Shown here piece by piece: positions 35,716-48,907 of a DNA stretch of 64,000 nt (position 1 is its first letter; each line of letters starts with the position of its first letter). Source of the stretch: Moniliella sp. 'wahieum' (taxonomy: Eukaryota); the NCBI GenBank assembly GCA_003971905.1, contig RSEE01000101.1, positions 124,001-188,000 on the forward strand, read 5' to 3'. The translations under genes and the position numbers were made by a program. Below the pieces are notes generated by a model. That model was not told where the DNA came from, made no database searches, and saw only the letters and a list, made by a program, of their open reading frames with translations.

Positions 35716-38179
35716 CTAGGTCGCAGGTTTTGCTTTTCCTGCAACAAGGCCCTTAGTGCGCGCGTCCGGCCAGCCTGGCCTGGCTTGTCGTCGCCATCGG
35801 CACCTTGAACCGGACGATAGATAGGCCTGCGATTGCGCGCCTGTGGCGCCGTCCCCTGCACATCCCACACGCCTGACGTTTTCGATTCCGTCTCGGCCTG
35901 CATCGCCTCGTCCAACACTGTTTGCACGTCCGACGAACGCTCCAACTGGTCCAGCAGCGGAACAGCGTATCGTCCGCCAAGCTGGCGTCCAGTTCAACAT
36001 GGCGGTCCAAGTTCATGTCGCTTGTGCTGCATAGGAGGAGAAAAAAAAAAAAGAAAAAAAGATAACGGTTAGAAAAGGAACCTGATTCAGAAAGAAGCCC
36101 CGCAAACCCAAGGAGAAGAAACCTGGTACTCACCTGCTCGGCGCTGCCACATGGGCCGTACAGCCCACATGCCACACTGTCCGTTCCACTTGCCACAACG
36201 GCATCTTTCCCTCTGCCACCGCTCGCAAATCATCAAACAACTGGTGCCCTGAGACTTCCATGTCGAGCGTCACTTCGGTCCCGGGCACGGCATAGGCCAA
36301 GACGAGGTGATCTTGCTTGGTTTCAATGGCCGGAGGCCATTGGGCCAGACGGCCAAACCAAACGAATCTTGTACACTGATAGGCGACCATGCTCGTCCGT
36401 ACGGCGGCTCAACAGGGCCAGCACACCACTGTCCCGTCCCGTCGGCCGAGGCGGACGTCGCCACACATGGTCCAACCCGCGTGGCTTCAGCGCCTCTTGC
36501 ATCGTACTGTCCTGCGCAGGCAACAGCAGCGCACCAAACGTAGCGCTGTACCGTTCCGTTGCACCCGGTTCCAACGCATGTCCTGTTGCTGGGCGCAGTG
36601 TGTCCCAGCTGACCTCAGTGTTGGGATCCAGCGGCGCCGAGAGCTGCGGGCGGCAAAGGCAGTAGACGTGTGCAAGGCCGAAGAAAGGCGGTCCGTTTCC
36701 GAAGGGGGACGAAGCATGCGGGAAAAGAGTAATGGCGACCCAGGGAAACGGGGTGCGAGTTGAAGATTGAGCGGGACTTGGAGTAACAAGCCCTCTGCCG
36801 ACCAGGGAAGCGAGCTAGGCGCCAGGTAGGGTGCCAAGTAGACGGAAGGAGAGGTAGAAGATAGAAACAGAAGTAGCAGCAGCAGAAGAAGAAAAGAAGA
36901 AGAGGGAGGGTCTGGATTGTCCAACAACCACCGTTGTGCCGTTGCGTTGGCCCAGACCGACAGATGGTAGTCGACCAACAGCCGGGTGGCTTCCGTAGCC
37001 TCTTCTTCATCGATGAAATAGAGATGGTAGCGCGTTGCCCCCTCTGGTACAGCGCCGGGCGTGCCCAGGTGCGGAACAGTGTCCCCATCGCTCTTTAGTG
37101 CCGTTGCGGGGATCACAAGGCACTGCGACCGACGCGTGATGGAGGCCAGCCACCAACGGGAACGGTAGCCAGCTCAGGAAGTAGGTCTGGGTAAGTCTGA
37201 GCCAGTTCCGCCGGAGGCGCCAGGTCGAGATGGCTCGCAACGACAGACTGGGCTAGAGAAAGGACTTCGGACAGGGCCAAGGCCATGGCGCGTTCGGAGC
37301 CGGAAAAGTACACTTGGTTGGGTGAACGCATGTAATCGAGTTGCACGTTGAGCTGGCGCTCCAGCTCTTCCTGCCACAGGTCGCTGGGACAGGAGCATCC
37401 ACGGTACGGGGTCCAAGGCGGTGTGGACGGATGAGCTGGGTAGGGCAGACGCAGTGGCAGGAACTTCTTGCACCAACTCGTCCGGATCAACAATCCCAAC
37501 CACATGCCGTACCAGCCGATACACCGCTGCGTGTTTGCGTACCGCCCCCTTGGGCGTCCCTGCCATTGCCTTGTTGCGTGCAAGCTGCTGCACATGGGCA
37601 GGCGCATGGATCTCAGGCACCTCGGTCAACAGGCCAGCCTTGGCCAACAAGCCTCGCATCTGCGCCACGCGGAACGAACGTGTCACAGCCTTGGTCGTGG
37701 CCGCCCACGCACGCACCCATACCTTCCTCTTTTCCTCAAACGACGCCGCACCGTCCAGCTGGGTCTCGAGCCACTTGGGCTTGAGCGCCAACACGTCTTC
37801 CAGCGTCGGATCGCCCAAGCGCGCAGCGGCGGCCTCGTTGGCCAAATCCAACATGCTCTGCCCGGACGGAGGGAGGGCGAGTTGGCGAAGAGGCGGCTGG
37901 GCTGGGCCGAGCGGCGCGACGGCTTGCGCTGGGAAGGGGCTTGGGCCGGGGCTGGCTGGTCCTGCTTCTGCTCCGTCGGGACGGCAGGTGTGGTGGCGGC
38001 AGCAGCAGCAGCGAGAGGCAGCTGGGCGTGGGCGCGCGAGGCGGTGCAGAGCGCAGCGGCGGGCGGGCGAAGTGGCGGTGGGCGCGAGGGCAGGGGCGGA
38101 CGGCGCTCCAGACAGCGGGGCAGCGGGCAGGATGGGGCCGCGTGTGTGCGCGTAGAAGCACCCGCGCAACGGCGCTCAT
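35716..38179 (-). CDS. Probable mitochondrial protein, SLS1-like; intron 36027-36133; frameshifted
   Basis: Presequence-like start MSAVARVLLRAH. The segment PTLEDVLALKP...VTRSFRVAQMR...KHAAVYRLVRHVVGI..PDEL resembles the SLS1 N-terminal region from memory; family call is tentative. Confidence 0.5.
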
Positions 38180-38370
38180 GGCGGCCAGCACAGACAGCCG
38201 ACGGGTCGAGCAGACAGGCAGCCGCAGCACCCGGGAGATAGCCGAGTGGAGGGATGGACGTTTGCTGTGCTTTGCTTTGCTTCCCTCTACTTTGCTTCGC
38301 TACGCCTCGCCAAAAAATTCTTGGGCCATGCGATGGATGATGTCATCTGTTGTCCGCATCCCGCACCCGG

Positions 38371-38473
38371 CACGTGACACGCCACATCCCGCCGCATGCG
38401 CCACCCGCCCACCGCGGTGCCACGTGACCATCACGTGCCATGCGCCGCCTGTGGGCCAGCGGCTGGTCACGTG
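38371..38473. promoter_or_regulatory. Cluster of four CACGTG E-boxes in the divergent SLS1-like/SMC4 promoter
   Basis: CACGTG at 38371, 38421, 38432 and 38468, each extending to TCACGTG on one strand. Confidence 0.55.
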
Positions 38474-38617
38474 CGTGCGCGGGCAGCTCCGTGTCGGAGG
38501 CCAGCCGGGCGTCGCAATCAACACGGGGCGCGCCGTGGGATGGGCATCTGGCGGCCAGACGAAATGCCCGCTGGTTGGCCAGTGCTTTCCCACCTCCACC
38601 ACCACCTCCGCCCCACC

Positions 38618-41600
38618 ATGCCCCCCCGCCGAACCAGAACAGCGTCCAGCGCACCCGCCCCAGCAGCACCGTCCCCCCCCGCCCCCGCTCGCTCCACCCG
38701 GTCCTCGCGCACGCCCATGCCTCGTCAATCCACCCGCTCCTCCCGCACCGCCGCCGCATCCAGTGACGATGACGATGATCGATGATGATGCCGACGGCGA
38801 TGACGACGATCAGACTGTCGTCGACGACGGCGACAGCCAAGACTACTACAACAGTGCCGAGCAGTCTCCATCCACGCGAGTTTCCCCTGCTGCCTCTTCC
38901 CGCGCTCGCGCCAGTCTCTCCCCTACCCATCCGATGCGAGTCAAACACCCAGCCCGGCCTTCTCCGCTCGCCCCAGCTACCCCTAACGGAGATAGGCGTC
39001 GCTCGGTCGTGCCATCCCCCACTGGCACCCCCCGTCTCTCTAATGCCCCCCCACCTCGCTTGCCCCGCCTCGTCCCCTCGCTCCACCCCCACCCGCTGCT
39101 GCCGAGCAAGCCCAAGACGCGCTTCGTGATCCACAAGATGGTCTTGGTCAACTTTAAGAGCTATGCCGGTCGGCAGACCATCGGTCCCTTCCACAAGTCC
39201 TTCAGTGCGTCGTAGGGCCCAACGGCAGTGGCAAGTCAAATGTGATTGACGCGCTTCTGTTTGTGTTTGGCTGGCGGGCAAACAAGATGCGGCAGGGCAA
39301 GCTGTCGGAGCTCATCCACCACTCCTCGGCCCATGAGAACCTGCGCGAATGTTCGGTCGAGGTTTGGTTCCGTGAGATTGAAGACTTGCCCGGGCCCGAC
39401 GCGTACAAGGTCGTGCCCAATTCGCGCTTGGTCGTCGCCCGCACCGCTTTCCGTAACAACACGTCCGTCTAACTGTCAACAATGCCAAGTCTACCTTCAC
39501 CGAGGTCGGCACCTTGCTCCGTGGCCACGGCATTGACTTGGACCACAAACGCTTTCTCATTCTCCAGGGTGAGGTGGAATCCATTGCCCAGATGCCACCC
39601 AAGGGCAAGACGGAGCATGAGGAAGGCTTGCTCGAGTACCTCGAGGACATTATTGGTACCAGTGATTACAAGAAGCCCATCGAAGAGGCTGCGGCCAAGG
39701 TGGACGAAGCCAACGAGCAACGGTCCCTCAAACTGGACCGTCTCAAGTACGTCCAGAAGGAAAACAGGCTCTCGAGGTATGTTCACTTTTCTCGTAGCGT
39801 CGCCGTGTTATCTGTTCGCTCGCTCTGATTCCACCATCGAAACTGACCCTCCCACCCCCCCCCCCCTCCCCCGCCCCTCAGCACAAGAAGGAGGAAGCCG
39901 AAGCTTACCTGCGCGACCAGAACGAGCTTACCCAGCGTCAATCGGCCTTGTGGCAAATCTACATGATGGAATGTCGCCAGCAGATGGAAATCGCCTCGGC
40001 CGCGATTGTCAAGCTGGGGGCCAAGCTGGAAGCCGAGCGCGAACGCTGCTCGGACACGGTCGGAGCCAGCGAGACACTCGCCGCCGAGCTGGAGGAAGCT
40101 ACGCAGTTGCTGAGCAGGCTAAAGTGGAGGCTGACAAGGTGGGCAAAGAGCTTGCGGCGTGTGAGCGTCGCTCGCTCCAAGCCGACGAGGGCCGCAAGCA
40201 TTTGGATTTCAAAGCGCGCAAGCTCGCCAAGCAATTGTCCGAACAACGCAAAGCCTTGTCCCTTGCCCGTCAAACTTCGGATGATTCCGCTGCCACAAGC
40301 GATAAGTTGCGCGGGGAGTTGGCTGGCCTCGAAGCTTCCCTGGTCCAAGAAGAGGCGGAGCTCGATCGAATCCGCGAGTCGCTCAAGGACAAGACCCAGG
40401 TGTTTGCCGCGCAGATCGAAGCCAAGCAACTTGAGCTACAACCTTGGTTGGACAAGATCATTGCCAAGGAGAACGAGCACAAGTTGGCACTGGAGGAAAA
40501 GGCACTGCTGACTAGCCGGGTGGAGCAGGCCCAAGAAGAATTGTCCGTGGCGCAGCAAGAAATCGATGCGATCGATGCCGACACAGAAGCCAAGCAGGAA
40601 GAGCTCCTTTCGCTCGAGCGGGAGCGCGATGAGATGGATGATCGGATTGCCCAGGGGGAGACAGGTGTCTTCGATGCGCAAAGCCGAGGACAAGCTCCGT
40701 TCCTCGGCGGACGTGACACGGGCTAAGGCCGAAGAAGCGCGTGCGGCATCTAGCTCCAACCAATCGCGTTCGACGGTGCTCAATTCGCTCAACCGCCAAG
40801 CGGAGCTCGGACTGATCAAGGGCTACCATGGCCGACTCGGTAGCTTGGGCACCATTGCGCCCGAGTACGATGTTGCCATTTCGACTGCCTGCCCTGGTCT
40901 CGAGTCGATTGTGGTGGACAATGTCGAGGCTGGTCAGGCATGCATCGAGCATCTGCGCCAACACAACCTCGGCCGCGCCAACTTTATCTTGTTGGCCAAC
41001 ATTGCTCAGAATGGCATTCCGTCGGTCCAGACGCCCGAGCAGGCACCCCGCCTCATTGACCTCGTTCGACTTTCGCACCCCAAGTACGCTAATGCATTTT
41101 ACCACCAACTGCGCGATACCTTGGTGGCCAAGGATCTGGCGCATGCCAATCGAATCGCCTATGGTGCCCAGCGGTGGCGCGTCGTGACGCTCGATGGCCA
41201 ATTGATCGAGAAGTCCGGTGCGATGAGTGGTGGCGGCAGTCGCGTGGCGCGCGGCGCCATGTCGGCCACCCCGGTCGGTGCGATTGTCAGTCCGGACAAA
41301 CTGGCACGACTGGAGAAAGAAGCCGAATTGGCCGCGAACGAGTTGCGTTCTCATCGCGCGTCCCTGGCCCATGTGCTGGAATCGCTGGACCGGATGCACA
41401 ATCGCAAACCCATGATCGATGTGGATTTGGATAAGGTACAAATGGCCTTATCCGTGGCCTCGCAACGTCGCAAGGCAGCCGTCGCGCGCCTCGAGGCGAT
41501 GAAACGCGAAATTCTTCCCAGTGCCGAGGAAACCAAACGGATTGCCGAGTTGGACAAGGCCATGGCCAAAATGGAAAGCGACCTGGCCAAATTGCGCGCC

Positions 41601-43047
41601 GGGTCGAGCGGGATCGAAGAGGCCATCACCGAATTGGAACAACAGATTATGAAAGTGGGTGGGATCGAGCTACGTGCCCAAAAGGCCAAAGTAGACGGGA
41701 TCAAAGAGATGATGGAACTCAACAACGAACGTACGGTCAAAGCGGACGTTGCGCGAGACCGCGCCGAGATGGATCATGAGCGCGCGACCAAGACGATTGA
41801 GGAGGTGGAAGCGCAATTGGAGCAACTCCAGGCCGAGTTGGAGCAAGCGGCTCAGACCGTGGCGGAGCGAAAGGCGGAACTGGCCGAGGTGGAGGCGCGG
41901 GCCCAGGCGGCACGGGACGAGGTGGAAGAGTACGAGGCTGGGCGAGAGCAGTTGGCTGAGAAACTCGAAGAGTTTTCGGATGCCGTCAATCGCTTCCGTC
42001 GCCTCGAAGTGGACACGAAGCAAAAAGTGGAAGACAATGAGCGGTCGTTGGCTGACAACCGGAAACGTTTGGCGCATTGGACCGACCGGATTGGCAAGCT
42101 GCAGCTTCATGTCCTCTTGGACGACGGACAAGAAGAAGAGGACGAAGAGCAAGGCGAGGAAGGCAGTACTAAGCTCCAATTGCCAATGTACCCTGTTGAG
42201 GAGGTGCAAGAGTTTGACAAGGAGACGCTCAAGGCGGAGATTGTCATCTTTGAAGAACGCCTGTCCAAGGGATCGGCCAACATGTCGATCATTGAAGAGT
42301 ACCGCAAACGTGAGCAAGACTTTCTCGAGCATGCTCGTTCGCTCGAAGCCACGACGGCCGAGCGCGACGCGGCCAAGCAGTCGTACGAGACGCTGCGCAA
42401 AGAACGTTTCGACAAGTTTATGGCCTCGTTTAGTGTCATCTCGGCCAAACTCAAGGAGATGTACCAAACCATCACGTTGGGTGGCAATGCCGAGCTAGAA
42501 CTCGTCGACTCGCTGGACCCATTCAGTGAAGGCATCATCTTTAGTGTCATGCCGCCCAAAAAGAGCTGGCGTAACATCTCCAACCTCTCGGGGGGCGAGA
42601 AGACGTTAAGTTCCCTAGCGCTCGTCTTTGCCTTGCACGCCTACAAGCCCACGCCACTCTACGTGATGGACGAAATTGATGCGGCGCTGGATTTCCGCAA
42701 CGTCTCCATTGTGGCCAACTTGATCAAGGAGCGAACGCGCGGCGCGCAGTTTGTCATCATTTCCTTGCGCAACAATATGTTTGAATTGGCCGCCCGCTTG
42801 GTCGGCATCTACAAAACCTCGGGCATGACCAAATCTTTGACGATTGAAACAAAGATTTGCATCTGGCCGACGAGGCAGCAGGGACCGAGGACAAGAAACC
42901 GTCCATGGCTCAATATCAACATCAACATCAACATCAACACTCGAGTCCTGTCAAGCAGTTGGATTCTCGTCCGCCCCACCTCGCTCCTCGGCAATTCCTG
43001 CTGCGCGTATGAGCCGCAGAGCCGCACCGCTCACGCCTCGCAGCTAA
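38618..43047 (+). CDS. SMC4: Condensin subunit SMC4/Cut3; intron 39777-39881; frameshifted
   Basis: NFKSYAG...GPFHKSFS, Walker A GPNGSGKSNVID, RFLILQGEVESI, hinge GRLGSLG, signature NLSGGEKTLSSLAL and Walker B YVMDEIDAALD. Confidence 0.97.
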
Positions 43048-43244
43048 CCGCACCCGTTTCCGCATCGTGGGCGGTGTACTGCTTCAAGTGCAAGTGCGCG
43101 GGGGCGGATTTCGTCTTCTCTTTAGCCTCGTCTTTTTGCGGCGTGGCAACCTTTGGATTGAACCGTATGTGTGTGTACTCTTGAGGATTCGAGATTCGAC
43201 CTGACCTAGAGAAGGGTCGAGATAGCGATGCATCGGATGGGACC

Positions 43245-43491
43245 TGTAGCGCCGGCTGTAGCTGAGCTCAAGCTATATACCGCGCGGTATATGCCAACTG
43301 TTGATCACGACTTGGCCTTGCCGCGGACGTTAGTAGTGGGAAGTGAAGGGCACGCGCGATCGTCGACCCGGTTGCGCGAGGGAAGGGCGCGAAGGAGAGC
43401 ATACAAACCCCCCCTTCTTTCTTTCTCGTCTCGTGGCGGTTCGTTGCCGACACCGTCATTTTTGACGGTATACATAGTAGTACCCCCTGAC
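43245..43491. mobile_element. Possible solo LTR or small non-autonomous element
   Basis: TGTAG...TGACA-bounded block of about 247 bp between convergent genes, with an internal palindrome and hairpin. No target-site duplication found. Confidence 0.3.
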
Positions 43492-43948
43492 ACGGTAACT
43501 TGTATACTAATAGACGTGTAGTAGCCGCCTTACTTGGAGAAGTAGCAGGGCCGAAGGAGGTATCCCTCTTCTCTTTTGGCCCACCTACTGCATGTTACTA
43601 AAGTGGTATGCACACTGAGAGGACCGTTTGTCCATTCCATCATTTGAATAGTTAACCTGAGGGGTGGCGCTACCAAGTAACACACGCAAGATGAACGGGT
43701 CGGTTTAGGCGTAGCCTTTCCCTGTCCCCGGCCAGTCTTAAGCTCTGTCAATGATATAGATGCAGTATAGAGAATGCTCATTCCAATGCAATTCATGCTC
43801 CCGTCCCGCAGCTTCCATCCCATCCCATCCTTGCCTCCCTCGCACTGCCAGTGGCAATGGCAGTGGAAATGGCAACGGCAATGGCAATGGAAATGGAAAT
43901 GGCGACGGCGACAGCGATAGAAAAGACAGTATCCATGCGCTTGTCATC

Positions 43949-46900
43949 TCACAAGCGCGCTACAGGTGCGCGGCGCTGCTGGTACTCGAGGCGGGGCAAG
44001 CCGAGCGCAGTTTCGAGGACATCCCAAATATTGTGGGCATAGACCACCTCCAATTCGGCGCGTACGGTGGCAGGCAAATCGGTCTCCACGTCCTTCCGGT
44101 TTCGAGCGGGGAGGATGACTTTACGCATTCCTGCCCTGTGCGCACCCAACAACTTCTCCTTAATTCCTCCTACCGCCGTCACCTTACCCGCAACGTAATC
44201 TCCCCCGTCATAGCTAACGTAGGTTCCGTCGGCACCCGGCTCAGCAGACTCACCAAGCTCGTGACAAATGCCGCCCCGGCTGACGGCCCGTCTTTCGGCA
44301 CCGCCCCCGACGGCATGTGCAAGTGCACGTCTTGGCCCGGGAAGAACTTGGCCGTACGGGAAGGCACAATGCCTAACTCGAATGCGTGCGCTTTGACCCA
44401 GGCAAATGCCAGCTCGGCACTTTCCTTGATCACGTCACCAAGTGAGCCGGTCAAGTGCAACGCGCCACCTGCACCCGAGGAGGGCATGAGCGCCGTCTCA
44501 ATGTGCAGGATACCACCGTTACCTGAACCTTGGTACGCCAGCCCCGTCACGACGCCCGGGAGACGCTCCTCCCCCATATCTGCCAGTTCCGGCTCGTACG
44601 TTTCCAGTCCCAACAGCCCTTCGAGGTCCGCAACGCGCACCACGGGATCGTACCCGGCCGGCACAGGCGCATTAGGACCGTACGCCACCAGCGCCTTGGC
44701 CCCATCGGCCTGCACGGACGGCTTGACCACCTCGGCGTACTGCACAGCCTTGCCACGTGCAATGGCGGCCACTTGTCGTTCGAGCGTGCGCACACCAGCT
44801 TCCCGCGTATAGGACGAAGCTACCTTGAGCAGCGTGTCGTCCGGTACTTGCAATAGCGATTCGGCCAGGCCGGCCGCACGACGCTGCTTGGGCACAAGGT
44901 ACTGTTTGGCAATTGCCACCTTCTCGTCGTGCGTGTACCCTGAAATCTCAATCACCTCCGTCCGGTCCAGCAGCGGCGGCGCAATCGTGTCGAGTGAGTT
45001 GGCCGTCGCGACAAACAAGACGCGCGAAAGGTCAACAGGACAGTTGACATAGTGGTCAATGAACTTATTGTTCTGCTCCGGGTCTAGCACTTCGAGCATC
45101 GCTGCCATCGGATCCCCGTGCAAACCGTTCCCGCTGCCCAGCTTGTCCACCTCGTCCAACAACATCACAGGGTCACTCACCCCCACCTTGCGCAGCGACG
45201 ACACAATCGAGCCCGGCATCGCACCCACGTATGTACGTCGGTGCCCACGAATCTCGGCTTCGTCCCGCACACCACCGAGGAAAGACGGGTAAATGGACGT
45301 CGAAGCGCGGTGGCCAACGATCGCTGGTCCAGGCAACAGATAAAAAGTCAGCATTTCGAGCAGGCAAGCCACTACAAGCAAAGGTGGGGGGGAGTGGGGT
45401 GGGGGGGCAAAAAATACATACCGCAATGGACGTCTTGCCTGTGCCCGGCGGGCCAACAAGAAGGAGAATGGGACCGCGGTCGACAATGTGTAATTTGGCG
45501 GGCGGGGTGACGGTCGGACGTGAATCCGACTCATCTTCTTGGTCTTGCAACAGCGCTGCACTTACGTCTTCGTACTTGTCCTTCTTGGCCGGGGCAGCCG
45601 GCGGCGGAGGCAAAGTGGCTTGAGCCTGGAGGGTCTTGAGCTCCAACACGGCCAAGTACTCGACCAAGCGTTTCTTGATCTTGTCCAACCCATAGTGGTC
45701 CGCATTGAGGATCCGCTTGGCCCGATCCACAATCCCTTCGTGCGCATACTCTCTCGGCTTGGTGCAGCACCTGTTCCACTTCGGCAGGGCTTAAGCTTTC
45801 TGCCCGAACGCCCAGTAGGGCCTGCTCCTCGGCCGGGAGATCACTCGTCGTCTTGTCCCATGGCAACTCGGCCATCAACTCAAGGTAGGACACCAGCACC
45901 CCACGTTCGACTGACTGAGACGGGATGCGCGACAGACGCTTCAACTCGCGGTCGCAGACTTTGCGTGCCTCGGCACTGAGCTGTGCCTGGGCCAGCTTGG
46001 CCGACAACTCAGCCACTTCATCTTGCTCCTCATCTTGCTCTGCCTCGTCGTCCACCCGCCCGAGCCAGGTCCCGTGCCAGGCCCAGGCGGGCGCGGCGCA
46101 TTGGAAGAGGAACGTTTGAGTGCATTGTTGCGCAGCGAGTTGAGCAGACGCAGCGCGTCGGCCGACAAGGCACGACGGCGCGTGTCCGGGTCGCGTCCGT
46201 CCGAACCACGGTCCGAGTCGGCACGGTCCGAAGGCGCACCCGTGTTAAAGACAAAGGTGCCCTTGGAGGTAGTCAGGCGGGCCGAGACCGAAGGCGTGAC
46301 GGCTGCCATCGACGCAACCAACGACTGCATCTGCAACCGCAACAGCGTCTCGCGCGAGTCCGAGTTGAGTGGCGCAAGCAGCGCATCGAGGACTTGGCGT
46401 GTATCGCGGATACGTCCCGCACCCTGGCGCAGTGCTTGGGCCACCGCCTCGACCCGCTGCGCCGGATCCGCAGCGGCGAGCAGAGCATGGCGTACGGGCC
46501 AGGCACACGCGCCGCCCACCGAACCGGCCAGCACATCCGCCAACACTGGCGCGGCTTCGTCCTGTACTTCATGCACCAGTCCGCGCAGACGCTTGACCAA
46601 CGTCGGTGGAACGTACGGCATCGCCCCGGCGCCCAGTTTGCTCGTTTCGCGGCTGGGCTCTGCGTCTGGGCCCTGGGCGAGCGGCGGGAGCAAGCTGAAG
46701 CTCGACAGGGCGTCGAGCAGTTCATGAGCGGCTGCGCGGAGCGCATGCACCCGCTCCTCGTTCTCCTCTGACAGAGGCGTCAGCTCTGTGGCACTGTGCA
46801 CACTCGCCTCGACCACATCGACCAGGGCATGGCTGTGCTGCGGTGCGGAAGGCACCAGTGCGCCATCTGCGCCACTCTCCTCTTCTCATCGGTCTGGCGC

Positions 46901-47339
46901 GCCGGCGCAGGCTCATCCGAAGAGGGCAGCAGGAGGGAGACACTCTGAGGGGCCAAGACCTTGTCCACTTGCAAGCGGGTGAGGCCCATGACAAGCAAGG
47001 TGCACTGGTCGGTGGTGGGGTGTCGGATGAGACGGAGGAGGCGGGCAGCGCACGCCCAGTCTCCGGGCAGGGCGAGGTGGGCTGCTGGTTGGGCGGGGGC
47101 GGGGTGGGCAGGGCTGCGACGATGATGGTGCGCTTGCCGGATGGGGAGTCGGCAGAGGGCGATGGGCTGGTGCTGGTGGCGGTGGCGGTGGCGAGGGCGC
47201 GCGGAGGAGAGCGAGGGTGGGCGTAGGGCATGTGGACGGCAAGAACGAGGGAGGGGTGGAGGACGAGGGGGGGCGGGAGGCGCAGGACAGCCAGCTGTGC
47301 GGGCACAGCGACGGCGGGCGCAACCAGATCGGAGCTCAT
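43949..47339 (-). CDS. Peroxisomal Lon protease (LONP2/Pln1 type); intron 45324-45421; frameshifted
   Basis: DHYGLDKIKKR, Walker A GPPGTGKTSI, RGHRRTYVGAMPG, LLDEVDK, catalytic PKDGPSAG and VGGIKEK; C-terminal ARL (PTS1). Confidence 0.95.
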
Positions 47340-47934
47340 GGTGTGGTGGTGGTGGTGGGGGCGATGAAGGTGGTGGTGGTGGAGAGGATAAGAGTGGCGA
47401 GAGTGGCGAGGAGTGGCGATGGATGGGGCCGGATGGGGTGGATCAGTGACTGTGAGGCTTAAAGCTTAAGGCTTAATCAACCCCGCAGTGCCCAGCGCTG
47501 ATACGGCGCATGCGCCGCACGGGGGCAGTGTGGATGCAGCAGAGGTTATTCGGGTGATGAGCTCATCCGGCCGATGCAATTTCAATCTTCCGTCTTGAAT
47601 ATTGAATCGGCGATGCATCGAATCAGCAGCCGGGCATCGGGCCGCAGCAGCCCAGCACCCACCGCGGCTGCTAAGCGCTCTCTCGCCTTTTTCACCGTGC
47701 GTATCCGCGTCCTCGCCCCAGGCCGATCCATCCTATCGCGTGCCCGCTTCCTCCGCTGAGGCCGACGCCGTCGTCTTCTATCTCGCCTGCTATCTCAAAG
47801 ACCTGGGCCTGAGCAGTGTCGTCGATTGGGTGCGTGGGGTACTGTAGTGTACACAGGGCAGCTGGCTATCCGTCCTGGTCTCGTTGGCCGCCACGAGGCG
47901 TACCAGCAAACGAGGCCCCTCCGCCTCTCCGTTT

Positions 47935-48907
47935 TTACTGCGCCGGCACATTCAGTCTGGTCACGTGCATCTGTGTCAGTCACTCGCCCGTCTTTCTCCT
48001 CCCCCCCCCCACAAGCAGTCCCAGAGGTACCAACGTACAGCATGCCGTTGCCGTGGGGCAGGTACGTCACGTTGCGGCTGTTGGCCAGCGTCGACGCAAT
48101 GTCCTTCGACGCATCGATCCGGCGGATGGTCAGACCATCACCCGCCTTCTCCAGCGCAGCCGAAATCGTAGAGGCAGCCTCGGCCTCACCCTCGGAGCGG
48201 ATGACGGACGCTTGCCGCTCCTGCTCCGCCTTCTCGACGACAAACTTGGCCCGCTCGGCATCTTGCTGCGCAATCTGCTTTGCTCCACCGCCTTGGTAAA
48301 CTCACGTCCAAACGTCAGGTGCGTGATGGAGACATCCTCGAGGATAATGTTGAACTCGCGTGCCCTCCGCAGCAGGTCTTCGCGGATCCGCGCCGAGACC
48401 ACCTCGCGCTGGGTGATGAGTTCGGCCGCGTCAAACTGCGCCACGGTCGCCTTGAGCACTCGTTGCCGATCGACGGCAGCACACGCTCGTCATAGTCGAG
48501 CCCCAGGCCCTGGTAAATGCTGGAGAGGTGCTGCACATCGGGGCGGGAGAGCACACGGAGCGAGAGGGTGATCATCTGCAGGTCCTTGGAGCCGGTGGTG
48601 GTGGAGATGGTGCGGGGCTTGATGCGCACGTCGTACAGGATGGCGCGCTGGAGCCAGGGGATGAGGAAGTGGGTGCCCTCGCCGGTGGCCTGGGGCTTGA
48701 CACCAGCAAAGCGGTCAAACATCACGGCACGGTAGCCGCCGGGGACATCGTACAGGCTGGCCTGCACGCCCATGGCGGCGACGCCGAGGGGGACTGGGGG
48801 GAGGGGAGCAGGTGAGCGGTGAGCGGTGAGCAGGGCAGACGCAGGCAGCAGGCAGGGCAGGGATACGCACTGGCAAAGCGCGAGAAGATGCTGGCAGCCT
48901 GGCTCAT
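47935..48907 (-). CDS. PHB1: Prohibitin 1; introns 48794-48870 and 47957-48038
   Basis: [53 protein letters not shown] and [13 protein letters not shown]; ends MLLNVPAQ*. Confidence 0.96.

Noticed and set aside
47554..47760. C/D box snoRNA (GTGATGA ... CTGA)
   Set aside because: Boxes are about 200 nt apart, with no terminal stem and no recognisable rRNA guide.
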